Positions 1-13,553 of a DNA stretch of 64,000 bases are shown here, one piece after another. The notes under the pieces were generated by a model that saw nothing but the letters and a program-made list of their open reading frames with translations, ran no database searches and had not been told where the DNA came from. The DNA is from Eledone cirrhosa. Taxonomy: Eukaryota. The stretch covers positions 283,092,001 to 283,156,000 of the forward strand of contig OZ024740.1 of the NCBI GenBank assembly GCA_964016885.1. Reading direction: 5' to 3'. The position numbers and the translations under genes were made by a program. Position 1 is the stretch's first letter; every line of letters starts with the position of its first letter.

Positions 1-59
<59 letters not shown>

Positions 60-64
60 ATCTG

Positions 65-119
<55 letters not shown>

Positions 120-202
120 ACAAAAATATATATATGCATATATATATATATAATATATATACATATATATATATACATAAATATATATATATATGTATAT
201 AT

Positions 203-536
203 AGGAATTAAAATACTAGAGTGTGTTGGAGTTAAACACCCTCTTCGTATTATAGAAATGACAGTAAAGGTATAGCTCAATGTAATTAAACAGAGCCGAA
301 GAATTATGAAAATAAACCAAAGAAGCCTTCAATACATCAAAAGTCTTTTTTAGCCAACAATGTTTCGTCCTGTTAATGTATGTACACTCCATATTCTTCT
401 GAGTGTTTGGCTTGTATTGGCCGATAGTGCTTCTTATAGCTTTAATTGCTCTGATGAGTCCTTAATAGGACGAAACATTGTTGGCTAATAAAGACTTTCG
501 ATGTATTGAAGGCTTCTTTGGTTTATTTTCATAATA
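203..536. mobile_element. Fold-back PLE pseudo-LTR cassette (family C) between (TA)n arrays
   Basis: Arms ~303-372 and ~466-534 are reverse complements. A homologous copy lies at 43498-43880. Contains a hammerhead motif. Confidence 0.75.
444..489 (+). ncRNA. Minimal type I hammerhead ribozyme (family C)
   Basis: attgct-CTGATGA-gtcct taat aggac-GAAA-c att g-TT-ggc; the copy at 43645-43690 has a GUC site and gcc/ggc helix I. Confidence 0.8.
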
Positions 537-616
537 TGTATATATATATATATATTGAGAGAGGTGGGGGGGAGTAAAGACAGAGAGGGAGACTTTATAG
601 TTCAGATCGGTATCTA

Positions 617-685
<69 letters not shown>

Positions 686-687
<2 letters not shown>

Positions 688-1140
688 AAGTTCTATTTAA
701 ATTGTTGGGATACAACAAGCAAATATTTTTATAACTGATATAAAGCACTCAACAAATATTTGGAGTAAAAATACGATATATTAACAAATGGAATCTCCTC
801 TCTCTCTCTCTCTCTCTATCTTTCTTTCTCTCTCTGTTGTTCTGCCCTTTCTCTCTCTTTCCTTCTCTATCTTTCTCTGTCTCCGTAACCCAACGGCTTA
901 TTTTAAAAATATCCAATACTAACTTACCTAATAATTAAAGCTACAACTCCACTATCCGATAGCTACCAACAGTAATGGTTGCATTCTTTAAGGGTATGTC
1001 AATATTTATTTATAAAACTGTTCTATATTATATTTTATCTGATGAAAGCACACCATAATTTAACTTGGTGTCCTTGAAATATGTATAATGAAATAAATAT
1101 GGTTTTATAAATATAGTTTCCATTTGTTAATATATCGTAT
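686..1140. mobile_element. Fold-back PLE pseudo-LTR cassette (family B)
   Basis: tacgatatattaacaaatggaa (~772) is inverted at ~1118-1139. Flanked by (TA)n. Homologous to copies at 2950, 11233, 44395 and 50268. Confidence 0.7.
1031..1095 (+). ncRNA. Type I hammerhead ribozyme (family B)
   Basis: tattttat-CTGATGA-helix II (cacca...tggtg)-GAAA-tatgta-TA-atgaaata; helix I pairs. Confidence 0.75.
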
Positions 1141-1394
1141 ATATATATATATATATATGATTGCATTTTTGTTTTTAGAATCCAAATTCAATAAACAAAC
1201 CAGGAATTTTCATTCTGAGGATTGAAAGCAAAACCTTTTGCTTTTAAGAAACCACTGGTAAATGGAATAATTGCCTTATGTTGTTTATTACATAATAATA
1301 ATAATTAAGCTCTGTTGCCTACATAGAGCACTCTTTTTTCCTGGACTTTTCCGATGGAATTACTTCATTTACACATATATATATATATATATAT

Positions 1395-1436
1395 CCCTTC
1401 TCTCTCTCTGTCGCTCTCTTTCTCTCTCTCTCTCAA

Positions 1437-1478
<42 letters not shown>

Positions 1479-1521
1479 TTGAGAGAGAGAGAGAAAGAGA
1501 GCGACAGAGAGAGAGAAAGGG
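1395..1521. repeat. Near-perfect palindrome of (CT)n/(AG)n sequence centred on (TA)n
   Basis: ...ctgtcgctctctttctctctctctctcaatgca(TA)n tgcattgagagagagagaaagagagcgacag... Confidence 0.85.
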
Positions 1522-1537
1522 GAGAGAGTGAGAGAGA

Positions 1538-1597
<60 letters not shown>

Positions 1598-1624
1598 CGT
1601 TTATAGTTAAGATATACCAATATC

Positions 1625-1655
<31 letters not shown>

Positions 1656-1880
1656 CAACGTATTCCACTACATTTACATATGATACCAACATACACAACG
1701 CATTTTTATCAAGCTAGCGAGGCAGTCTGGTCGAAGTCGTTTGATCTGTTACAAACAGCAGCTGAATATCACACCAGCCACATCATAGAAAGGAACGCAG
1801 TGAATAGCGTGTTTTGGGATATCTTTATTTAATAGGAAAAAGACGTGATGGCCACGGCTGGGAACTAACTTGTAGCTCTT

Positions 1881-1882
<2 letters not shown>

Positions 1883-1941
<59 letters not shown>

Positions 1942-1993
1942 GCTGCTGCTGCTGCTGCTGCTACTACTACTACTACTACTACTGCTGCTGCTG

Positions 1994-2025
<32 letters not shown>

Positions 2026-2083
2026 GCTACTACTACTACTACTGCTACTACTGCTGCTGCTGCTGCTACTGCTACTAGTACTG

Positions 2084-2119
<36 letters not shown>

Positions 2120-2271
2120 TTACTACTGCTGTTGCTGCTGCTGCTACTACTACTACTATTACTACTGCTGCTGCTGCTGCTGCTGCTACTACTACTACTA
2201 CTACTAGTACTGCTACTACTACTACTGCTGCTGATGCTGCTACTACTACTAGTACTGCTACTACGACTACT
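1883..2271. repeat. Mosaic (CTA/CTG)n trinucleotide microsatellite
   Basis: Directly visible; explains the poly-L/S/V ORFs. Confidence 0.95.
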
Positions 2272-2636
2272 GTCCATGTCTGTTTAGGAAGAACCAATTC
2301 CGATGAGTTAGATGCCGGAAGGAGGAGGAGAAAGAGGGGCTAGAATGAGAAGTAGTAGGAGTAGTAAGGCCGCCATTGCTGTTACAGTAGATGGAGCGTA
2401 GGTAATTGGTGTAACAACGTTCAACAGTTTATGACGCGTGACCAGCCTATTAGTCATTCTTCATTGCATTTCTGTGTGTAGTTGTATGCCTGCATGTGTG
2501 CGTGTGTGTGTCTGCATGTGTGCATGCATGTGTGTGTGCGTGTCTGCTTGTGTGCATGCATGTATATCCGCATTCCTGGGCATATATAACACTCAGTATA
2601 TATATATATATAATATATAATATATATATATATATA

Positions 2637-2680
<44 letters not shown>

Positions 2681-2682
<2 letters not shown>

Positions 2683-2838
2683 AACCAGTAAGACCCCGAC
2701 AGCTGAGCTCAAGCCGTTTCGACGGCTAATAGCCGTCGAAACGGCTTGAGCTCAGCTGTCGGGGTCTTACTGGTTCCTATTATCCACTCTACTACCTCAA
2801 GTATTGAGTACTTTGGTGCGTTATGGTCCACCTGGTTC
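2681..2838. mobile_element. Short fold-back of PLE pseudo-LTR family A (HHR helix III half only)
   Basis: Perfect ~48-bp inverted repeat 2681-2777 containing GAAAcggc-ttgagctca-gctgTC. Its tail matches 28230-28310. Flanked by (TA)n. Confidence 0.75.
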
Positions 2839-2856
2839 CTTACCACATTTCCTTCG

Positions 2857-2951
<95 letters not shown>

Positions 2952-2993
2952 CGATATATTAACAAATGGAAACTATATTTATAAAACCATATT

Positions 2994-3058
2994 TATTTCA
3001 TTATACATATTTCAAGGACACCAAGTTAAATTATGGTGTGTTTTCATCAGATAAAAGA
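2994..3058 (-). ncRNA. Type I hammerhead ribozyme (family B) in pLTR fragment 2950-3137
   Basis: Minus strand: ttttat-CTGATGA-aaacacacca...tggtgtcctt-GAAA-tatgta-TA-atgaaa. Confidence 0.7.
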
Positions 3059-3232
3059 TAATATAGAGCAGTTTTATAAATAAATATTGACATACCCTTA
3101 AAGAATGCGACCATTACTGTTGGAAGCTCCCGGATAGTATATATATATGCGCGTGTATGTTTGTGTGTGTGTGTGTACCATGTCTGTTGAGATTGTTGTT
3201 GTTTATCCATGTGTGTCACTCTTTTTTCTTGA

Positions 3233-3310
<78 letters not shown>

Positions 3311-3323
3311 TATATATATATAT

Positions 3324-3360
<37 letters not shown>

Positions 3361-5499
3361 TATATCTGGGTAATTGCTGGCCTTGTGCCTAAAGTAGAAA
3401 CAATTATATATATATATATATACGGGGTAACAAATAATAGTTAAATGCAGTCCACAAACCTTTTTTGTATAGCAAACCATGTCAACCTTCTTTCCTGATT
3501 TATATATATATATATATATATTGTATTATATTATATATATATATATATATATTTAGAGAAAGAGGGAGAGATGGAGAAAAAGAGAGAGTGAGAGAGTTAC
3601 AGTATATAAAGATATGTATATATGCATCCGAGTATGGTATTGAATATGTATCGTGTGTGTGTATGTGCGTGTGTGAGTTCGTGTATGTGTTTGTGTGTGT
3701 ATGCGCGTGTATGTTTGTGTATGGGTGTGTTGTGTACCATGTCTGTTGAGATTGTTATTGTTTATTCATATGTCCACCTTGGTTGAACAGACAGGATTAA
3801 AGACTTTCCAGTTCTGACCATCCCATCTTTCTCAAAGTGCAGGTAATCTATAACCATATTATCTAACGCATCCTTTTCTAAAATGTGTTGTGATTTGAGG
3901 GAGATTTGACAGTACTTTCTAATAGTTTGACAGACATAGTCCAGGTTGTCTGGTTGGTTCGTACAATTGGCGATATTGGTGGTGATGGTCATAGATGTCT
4001 TCATTGAAGGGTAAGTAGCATTGATGTTAGTGGCACAGGTGTTTTACGGAGATTCTTGAACCAGTAGTGTTGATATTAGACGTTACAGTATAATGTTGGC
4101 TGAACTTGTGCAAGTCTACTTTCTTTTTAGAAAGTGGTGGCAGTGATATTGAAGTAATGATGTCGGGATGATGGTATTGATGTTGGGATTGGTGATATTA
4201 TGGTTAGTGATGATATCCGTAGTACTGGTGTATGTGTGATATCAGTGATGGTATAGTACTTAGAGTTAACATTTATCACACAAATCTATGATTAGTGATA
4301 CTCCAGCCGTAATAGTCCCATTTTTTTCCTATTTATAAAGATACCCAAGATCACATTAGCAAACATGTCGAATTTTGATGCGATTCGAGGGAATTTGGAC
4401 TACTATTCCTAACAGTTTGAGTGACAACACAGACGCTCCCTCGATGGCTCATGATTGTTTTTGTTACTTTGGTAGCTACAGATGTAACAATTGTAACACC
4501 GAAGAGATATAACGACTGTATGGTATATAAGCCGGTGGATTCGCAGAACAGTTGATTGTAGTATATGTTGCTGTTTATCTATGCCACAAATTCCAATCTG
4601 TGTCAACTTTGTCGTTTATGCTTTCGGTGATGATGAAATATAATATCAGTCCAAGACAGGGAATAGGCAGAAATGTTAAACATACTATATGCTTTACGAA
4701 ATTTCGTCTACCTCTTTTGGTTCTGTGTTCTTGAGAGGTACACACTTAACCTTTGTCTGGTTTAATGCTCTTACTCGGATTTGAGCGACTTAAACGTAAT
4801 TCACTGTTGCAAGAATTTGAACCTGGACTCAGGCTCAGGTTTGAGAATATTTTCCTTTCATCAGTCATGGAAGCCCTTAAAAACAGTGTGCGTGCTACAC
4901 TCTCCTCCTAAATTAAACATTAACCCCCCCCCCCACACACACACACTCTACTCCATTTCTCTATCTTCCTCCCTCTCTATTCAATGTCTTCCCCAAATAT
5001 CGAACTTTTGGCATGTTTACAAGATTCGACTACATGATTGAACACTATGTTTCTATATTTTCATGAATTGTGACTTTCGTTAAATTTCGCTTCAGTTATG
5101 ATTTCGATTCCCGGGATAAAATATTTCTCACTCACAACCAAAACTACTTGAAAAGCATAAACATCACAACATAAACGCCACAGACCCAGAAGTCATGAAG
5201 ATTGATCAGTTATTGACTATGACGGCCTCTGATTATGAGAGATCAGGAGGTGAGGTCATTAGCCAAGAGAGTGGTACACTACATATTTATTTGAATGTTT
5301 CTGTCTAAGTCCCTGACTGACTACATCATTGTATACCTGACGATTTCAGTGTACCGCCTATTCCTACGTCTCACCATTCTCACTATTTTTCTTTGGTAAC
5401 TTTTGACGCCAGCTATTGCTAGTCATTTCCGTTTTTCAAATCACCAGTTTATTATATTTTTGTTTCCAATCGCTCCAAATTGTGCCTAAATTAGAGAGT

Positions 5500-5840
5500 A
5501 TTATATTTAATATCAAATAGGAGGTAAAATCCTATCAAATCTTACCTAAGCAGACGATCTAGCCATCATGAGTTACTCTAGACTTTCTGAATGTACTGGT
5601 CAAACATTCGCTGGTGGTTGGCTTACACATCAACATCTCCAAAACAAAATGTATGACAACTGATAAAAACAATGCCAATCTCCAACTAACAAATTGTTCA
5701 AGTTACGGAGTTTGTATATCTCGGTCACAAACTATCCTCAAACAACAATGGAATGGTTGCTGCGCAATATCGAATCGCTCTAGGTTGGGCAACTTTCAAC
5801 AATAACAAGGAAGTACTAACATCAAAACAAGTTTCCTACC
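5500..5840 (+). pseudogene. Decayed non-LTR (RTE-like) reverse transcriptase fragment
   Basis: ADDLAI, VGLHINISKTKCM, EFVYLG and RIALGWATF motifs across frameshifts. Confidence 0.65.
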
Positions 5841-5982
5841 ATTCAAATGAGCTTTGCTTTCAACCTTCTAGGGTCGAAAAAATAAATACTTCCCAAATAT
5901 TTGGGGACAATATAATCGAATGTTCTCTCCTACTAAATTTCTGGACTCGAATCTTTGTTAATCATTATATATTTTTTTACGA

Positions 5983-6098
5983 TCTGAGTTCAAATCCCGC
6001 CGAGGTTGACTTTGCCTTTCATCCTTACGGGGTCGATAAAATAAAGTACCAGTAATGCACTGGGTAATTGCTGGCCTTGTGCCTAAAGTAGAAACAAA
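5983..6098 (+). mobile_element. tRNA-derived SINE (5'-truncated)
   Basis: B box gagttcaaatcc, then gcctttcatccttacggggtcgataaaataaagtaccag core and gctggccttgtgcctaaagtagaaac tail; many copies in the window. Confidence 0.8.
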
Positions 6099-7809
6099 TA
6101 TATATATTTTTATTTTGGTGACATCCATGTATAGGATCTCCTATTTTGGTGAAATGAATGTTAGATCACCAACACAAATCAGGATAATGCGAAGGCTCAT
6201 GTGTATTGGTGAGGTAGAAGTGGTTGGTGTTTTAAAACAAGGATGTAACATATTCTTGTGTTTTACTGATTATGCAAATATTTTATGTAAAATGATAACT
6301 GAAACACTACTAGCTTATTAGAACTCATGAGCTAAAAGCAAATAGATCAATATGTTAACCAGCTCGTATTATCTATAGGAAATGTTGTATATCAATATAC
6401 GTATGGGATTCTATATCAATATATCACCAATATCAATACCAGAATGTGATATCTCTCATACACGTTGTTATATGTTTTGACAGCGATATTGGATATCACA
6501 ACTGGGTTTGTCGGCATTTAAAATGAACAACAGTTAATTATTGAGATATTAACTGATTTTGTTTTTGAAAAAGAAAACTACAATTGACAAATACAAGATA
6601 TCTCATATCAAAGAGAGACTTGGTAAACTAATCAATAAATAAGGTATTATGAGATATCTGAAACCGAACAAGATTGTTTCTGAAGTTATAACGTAATATC
6701 GCAATACAACAATATTCATTACATTGGTATTTGTCGCTAGCTTGGTATTGATTATTACTATTGTTATTATTCTTATCATTAACATTATTTGGACAAAATT
6801 CAATATTTATGTTGTACATTTGATATCTCTGCCTCTTATTCGATATGAATATATATACACACAGAGTGAAAGAGTGAAAAAAGGAGAGATAGATAGAAAG
6901 ATAGATTGATGCCGACACTTGGCGAGCAATACGTGCTATTGACTCCTATTGAAGAAACTGAATTCATGGAAATCAGTTCTCCACTAGTTAGATCGTGATT
7001 TGGCTTCGATTCCCAGTTGGGACTACTTTTCTTTCCTTTACCACTAACCCTATTGAGAAAGGAGTGTACGCTTCACTTAAATGTCTGATAAAACTGGGAC
7101 TGTCTATGTAATAGAGTTTATGCCAAACAAAGTTAACTCCATCGATTGGAGTTGCCTTCTCATGGCTCTTTTTGCAATTCAGTCAACTGATCCTTCTCTG
7201 GTATTATGTTATTTTATAGCCTCTAGTGGCTAGCCCCGTTAAGCATGGTTAACGCTAAGATCACGCATCAAACTTTATATCTTACATCTATGAAATAATT
7301 TGGACATCACTAATGCCTTCGACTTGTTCAGATTGTTAATCATTGCAGAAGGTATTCAATTTAAGATTTCAATTCCTGGGAGAAAATATTTCTCACTCAC
7401 AACCAAAACAGTATGTCTTCAGACATATTGCAGCATCTTCCTCGAAACTCCCAGTGAAATTGAGAAATCCTTCTTTGAATACGATAAAGCACGATAAACT
7501 TAAATATCTATTATTCAAAGACATTGCCATATTCAAGGCATGTTAAATATTACATATTTGTTGGTCGTATAATGCTATCAGCTGGGAAATTCTTGACTTT
7601 TGCAATTATCCCTTCATTATATACCCCCAATAGAAAGAGAAAATAGTGGATCCTTCGTAGATTTCGACGATGAGCGATCAGTCATACGATCAGCTGAATT
7701 AAAGATTAGGGGTTGCGTATTCTACTGGCATGTTCATTCATAACGTAGTTCATAAGCCGACTATGTGTGACATACTATGTGGCAAGGCTTTACCTTTGAA
7801 TTACAGGTA

Positions 7810-7970
7810 CAATCCATGCATCAGATTTCCACAAAGATTCCGTCTATACAGTTCTGCTCACAAGACTTAGATCGATGTAAGGCAACAATAAAGTCGCCCA
7901 AGATGCCACGCATTCTCATTGAACTTAATACCTCATGGTTGCGAAACGAACATCGTGATCACTCATCTAT
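7810..7970 (-). mobile_element. Old degenerate SINE of a second family (related remnants at ~46690-46870 and ~62460-62580)
   Basis: ctcacaag...gcccaagatgccacgca...gaac...catggttg pattern resembling octopus tRNA-SINE heads (recalled). Confidence 0.45.
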
Positions 7971-9529
7971 ACTTACGGCCGGAAATATAGAATAAAGTCT
8001 TAGTGCAAATCACAATAGAAAGCAATGTCCAGCGTTTATTTCTTTTAATGAGTCTGTTTCTGTCATTGTGCAGGTCTCACCGCTATTTCAATGAAAGCAT
8101 TGAAAATTAACATTCAATTCTATCACGAACTGGAGAATTCCAAATAATGTATGCGTGTTGTTACTCATACTAGTAGTTGACTTTGCATAAAAGAATTCTG
8201 ACAGAGTGCAATATCGCAGACAGTCGAATATCAAATTATAATAGTATAGAAATGTGACTTTATAACTTCCCAAAACTTTAGTTTTTACATTAACTCAAGG
8301 CACACCAACGTCCACGAGTTATCAATGGAGCCTCTATGTGATTACTCGATCTGCTAGAAATAACAACAGTCAAATCTCCCTGAAATCGCACTCTACAATT
8401 GTAATAACAGCCACCTTCGATGATACGATCACAGTTTCACTTCACATAAGAACAAAGATGAGTAGGTCCCGGCCGGAACACATTTGAACATATATATTTT
8501 GGGGATCAAGGCTGACCGGATGTGAGACAAAATCAGTAACACATATCTTCTGAAAGCGGTGAATTGGCAGCGCTTACTATGTCGAATAACATTTTGCAAT
8601 ATTTGTACACGCTCTCTGCGACAGCTTTCAAGCCCCACTGAGTGTACCGTCACCTTTCATTCTTTCGATGTCAATAAGTAAATTCATAGTTCAGTATTGG
8701 AGTTGAAATTTCTTCAACCTCTTGCGCTGTTTATCTCTGAATGAACTCTCCTCTGATCATACCTGGAGAGGGATGAGCACCACCAGGTTTTTTTAAAATC
8801 AAGACAGACTGTATATCACGAAAACGCATTCATATCTACATTAGGAGCCCATGTCCCACTTACCCATGGATGGATGGATTGATGTATAGACGGATGGACG
8901 GGCCGTCACCCCTTCTGTTATTATATATACAAAACAGGAGAGAATTAGAGATGGTATAGTACAAGACATTACTTTGAAAGAATAGTAAGTTAGAATACGT
9001 AGAAGTGCAGTCAGTGTATTGTTAAAAGTTACTTAAAAGAGTTAAGATATCTTACAATATATATATAGTCTAATATGTTGAGACATTTATTATACTTTCA
9101 TATAAATAAATGTTACTTTATTTTCCCTGGCAGCCATTTCATCCAAATGTTCAAACATTCAAAATTTAAAGTGTTTTAACTTGATCATATACGTATATTC
9201 TGTAAGGTGTAACACGTCTCCAGGCAGTTACTTCATTTGACCAATATTTTCCCTTTGTATGTTGCATTCGTTTTCTACTTTAGCTTATTATTTATTTTGT
9301 TTTCTATAGCACAAGTCCTTCTAACAAGAAACACCAACAACGTGATGTAGGTGGTAATAGTTGTTATAATGGAACTAGTAGTGTTGTTCGTAATACTAGT
9401 GATGATGATAAAGGTGGTGATAATGCTGGTAATAAGTGATGGGGTGGATAGTGAGAGTAATGGTGATGTTAATGTTTTGGAATTTAGTGATAAAGTTAGT
9501 GGCATTGAGGATCATTATGAATGTAAATA

Positions 9530-10028
9530 TAGGTAGATAGTCGGACACCATGCTTGAATCATAGAGTTACGTCCCTTTACGGTCTGAGTTCAAATCCCGC
9601 CGAGGTTAACTTTGCCGTTCATCCCTACGGGGGTCGATAAAATAAAGTACCAGTAATACAGTGAGTATTTTGCTGGCCTTGTGCCAAAAGTAGAAATAAT
9701 TATGTATGTAAATATGATAATAATTATTTCTAATTTTGGCACAAGGCCAGCAATAACCCCAGTACATTACTGGTGTTTTATTTTGTCAACCCCATAGGGA
9801 TGAAAGGTAAAGTTAACCTCGGCGGGATTTTAACTCCGACCGTAAAGGGCCGTAACTCTATGATGCAAAGCATAACGTCCGACCCTTCTACCAATACAAT
9901 GATAATAATTGTTTCTACTTTTGGCACAAGGCCAGCAATACCCAGTACATTACTGGTACTTTATTTTATCGACCCCCGTAAGGATAAAAGGCACAGTTAA
10001 CCCCGGCGGGATTTGAACTCAGAACTTA
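9530..10028. mobile_element. Cluster of three tRNA-SINE copies (+, -, -)
   Basis: Same core as 5983 at ~9535-9700 (+), ~9730-9890 (-) and ~9905-10028 (-). Confidence 0.8.
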
Positions 10029-10630
10029 AATATGATAATATTGTTGATTGTGGTGGTTAGTGAGGGCGATCGTGATAGTGATGGTAAGGATGTTATGGAT
10101 GATGATGGTGTTAGTGATATCGACTGTGATGATGATTCTGAAGATTGCGTTGATGATAGTGAAATAATGATGATGATGATGATGATGATGATGTTAATGG
10201 AGATAGCTATAGTGATAACTGTTTTCCGTGGAGGTGAATGTGGAACTTGATGAGAATCAAAGCCAATATTTTGGCTTTATACTTCACTCAAGCAAATTTT
10301 ATCTGCTAGAAGTTGCCACTTCACATTTCAAATCTCCTTCCTCACCCTTCACACCCACCTTCCTTCCGGTGCCCAATCTTTCTTCCCTTCTTTATTTCTC
10401 TCTCTGTTTGAAGTCTTCTTATTTCCCCATGTGTCTCTTGAAGAAGAAACCTCAATAAAAGGGGGTTTAATTCTTTAAAGGTCAACGTCTCTCTTTCTAG
10501 AGCTATTACCGTTGTTTTCGTTTTATTTACACATTACATATCCAAATATATACACACACAGCAGACACATAAACACGTGAATTTACACCGACCCGCACCC
10601 ATACCCACCCCCTTACACAAACACACACAC

Positions 10631-10661
<31 letters not shown>

Positions 10662-10853
10662 GACGCACACATGCATACATACATATATTCATACACACAC
10701 ACACATATATATATATAGATATATATATATATAATGCCATAAACATTAACATACATCTACACAAATTTATACACGTATACATACCTTTGAAATTAGATAT
10801 ACTCATAAGCTATTTCCACACAGACTTACACACACTGCAACATACAGACGCAT

Positions 10854-10962
<109 letters not shown>

Positions 10963-10991
10963 TGTATGTAAATATATATATATATATATAA

Positions 10992-11056
<65 letters not shown>

Positions 11057-11058
<2 letters not shown>

Positions 11059-11210
11059 AAAAAGTATTCTGGTCCAGAAATAGCCGTAGAAACGGCTTCA
11101 GCTCTGCCGTCGGGGTCATACTTTTTCCTATTTCCAACTCTACTACCCAAAGTATTGAGTACGCTGGTGCTTTATGGTCCATCTGGTTCCTTACCACAAT
11201 TCATTTGTTA
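11057..11210 (+). mobile_element. PLE pseudo-LTR family A fragment with short fold-back
   Basis: GAAAcggc...gccgTCggggtc plus the family A tail; ggaaaaagta/tactttttcc inverted; flanked by (TA)n. Confidence 0.7.
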
Positions 11211-11361
11211 TATATATATATATATATATACATGGAAAGTTATATTTAAATTGTTGGGTTACAACTAGTAAATATTTATAACTGATATAAAAGCACTCGA
11301 CAAGTATTTGGAGTATATTTACAATATTAAATAATGGAAACTATATTTATAAAACCATATC

Positions 11362-11427
11362 TATTTCATTATATATATTTCAGGGATATCATATTAACAA
11401 TATGCTCTGCCTTCCTCAGACAAAATA
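11362..11427 (-). ncRNA. Type I hammerhead ribozyme (family B, CUGAGGA core)
   Basis: tattttgt-CTGAGGA-helix II-GAAA-tatata-TA-atgaaata on the minus strand. Confidence 0.75.
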
Positions 11428-12137
11428 CAATATAAACAGTTTTATAGATAAATAGATTCGACATACCGTAACAACATCGACTTGTATTTGAAAAGGTTGA
11501 TTTGGCAGTGAAAAAATTGTACACAGAGAGAAAGAAAGAGAGAAAAAAAGGAAAGAAAGATAGAAAACGAAGAAAAAGAAGAAAAAGAAGAAATGCATGG
11601 AACAAAATAGAGAGATGGAAAGATAGATAAAGAGAAGAACTTCATGTAAAGAAACAGAAAGAGAGATATATATATATAGAGAGAGAGGAAATAGAGATAG
11701 ATACATATATATAGAAAACTAGGTAGTGGGACGTCTGTTGGGTAAACGTATCAATGATACATTTATTTATTTATTTATTTATTTAGCTCTAGTATTAATG
11801 TAAGGGAGATATATGGAGAGAAACCAGCTGTTATATATAGAGAGAAAAAATATAGAGAGAGAAAAAATATAGAGAGAGAAAAAATTTAAAAATAACCAGA
11901 CATAGGCGAGGCGTAAAAAAACCCTATGTTTTAATGTAGAGGTATTAGTATTTATAAACCCGCCACTATATTGTAAATATCAGTATTCCTGAATGAGACA
12001 TGTATCCATAATGTGTGAAAATTAATGATCTTATGTTTAGTTTTTTAAAAAAAATTCATATGTTTATGTGATAACTACAAACATCTATGTGAATTTACAT
12101 GATCAACTCTGCAAACCCTATAAAACTGTTTATATTG

Positions 12138-12203
12138 TATTTTGTCTGAGGAAGGCATAGCATATTGTTAATATGATATCCCTGAAATATATATAATGAA
12201 ATA
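12138..12203 (+). ncRNA. Type I hammerhead ribozyme (family B, CUGAGGA core)
   Basis: tattttgt-CTGAGGA-aggcatagcatatt gtt aatatgatatccct-GAAA-tatata-TA-atgaaata. Confidence 0.78.
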
Positions 12204-12240
12204 GATATGGTTTTATAAATATCGTTTCCATTTATTTAAT

Positions 12241-12279
<39 letters not shown>

Positions 12280-12280
<1 letters not shown>

Positions 12281-12870
12281 ACCTCACAGTCTGTGGCCTA
12301 CTCCAATGCCACCGAACTCCCGCCACCCGCCTAAGGGTCGAACAACGCAACATCTTCCCCCTACAGACCCCCCCCCCCGGCCTGAACTCCCCACTGCTAT
12401 TCCTTTAGCCTTCGACCGCCCTGTTCCTCCCTTCCACACACACATATCCCCCACTAACACACTCCCCCTTTTCACCGCCTACCCCTGTGCCCCCCCCCCC
12501 CACACACACGTACACCTACACACAAACACCACCTTCAGCCCTCCCCGCTCGGACACCCCGCCTCCCTCTCCCCACTCCACCCGCCATCGCCCCTATATGC
12601 CCCACACCCTTCCACCACTTGTTTATCTTCATGTTTATTTTTTTTTTTGTACCCTTTCCACCGTTTTTCGTCCCTTTCCTCCCACCCACCTTTTCTAAAT
12701 GTCTCTCCTCCACTCCTCTACACACCCTCGGAACTCTCTTCCCACCCACTTTTCGTCTGAAGAAGGGCTTATGCCCGAAACGCTCCCCCCCACTCTCAAA
12801 CGCGTGAAACTAATAAACCTTTGTTTGTACTGCTTCTCTGTTTTGTTCCCGTTCCATTTTTCACTATATA
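12280..12870 (+). mobile_element. C-rich PLE-type pLTR remnant with partial hammerhead (12757-12785)
   Basis: CTGAAGA-a-gggc ttat gccc-GAAAc; the 3' arm of helix I is missing; flanked by (TA)n. Confidence 0.5.
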
Positions 12871-12894
12871 CACATATATATATATATATATGTA

Positions 12895-13470
12895 GATAAA
12901 TCTACCAAAAATTTACGGTAGTGTCCAATCCGTATGAAGAACTCAATGTAATCCGGATATCATGAAAAGAGAAGATGCATTCAAAAACTATTTTCGGTGA
13001 AAATTAACGGAAAACAGAGTCAAGATAAATTAATAAAGTAATGAATAAACAAAGAAACACTTCCTTATATTAAAAAAATTCATCATTTTACGATCGTTTC
13101 TAGGATATATATGTGTTAGTGTTGGTATGCATATTCTATAGATCTATGTAAAATATTATACAAACTATCAGAGGGAATATACATACCTACACATATATAT
13201 GCTGTCTTCAGAAATAATGATATTTGTTTATTGAAAAAAACAAAGATTTAATACAATAGGTCTGTTTGAGAACAAATAAACAAATATCATTATTTCTGAA
13301 GACAGCATATATATGTGTAGGTATGTATATTCCCTCTGATAGTTTGTATAATATTTTACATAGATCTATAGAATATGCATACCAACACTAACACATATAT
13401 ATCCTAATGTAAAATGATGAATTTTTTTTAATGTAAGGAACTGTTTCTTTGTTTATACATTACTTTATTA

Positions 13471-13475
<5 letters not shown>
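12895..13475. mobile_element. Fold-back PLE pseudo-LTR cassette (family D)
   Basis: Arms ~13025-13232 and ~13276-13475 are reverse complements; (TA)n flanks. Confidence 0.75.
13080..13220 (-). ncRNA. Type I hammerhead ribozyme with ~100-nt helix II (family D)
   Basis: tcattattt-CTGAAGA-[atatatatgtgt...acacatatatat; gtatgtatattc/gaatatgcatac]-GAAA-cgatcg-TA-aaatgatga; 9-bp helix I. Confidence 0.75.

Positions 13476-13553
<78 letters not shown>

Larger units (their letters stand above)
11233..12246. mobile_element. Long fold-back PLE pseudo-LTR cassette (family B)
   Basis: Arms ~11320-11445 and ~12118-12246 are reverse complements, each with an HHR; (TA)n on both sides. Confidence 0.75.

Noticed and set aside
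1749-2297. Long poly-V/L/S ORFs (also 14887-16314 and all YI/CV/HT/ER-repeat ORFs)
   Set aside because: Translations of microsatellites; no protein-like content.
4820-4870. CTGATGA on the minus strand near 4858-4864 as a hammerhead
   Set aside because: No GAAA after a credible helix II and no helix I pairing; the same applies to CTGATGA at ~48562 and ~13877.
5095-7410. ~45-bp direct repeat at ~5100 and ~7365 (similar short duplications at 3172/3732, 36210/36427, 60955/61057)
   Set aside because: Short local duplications with no element ends or function evident.
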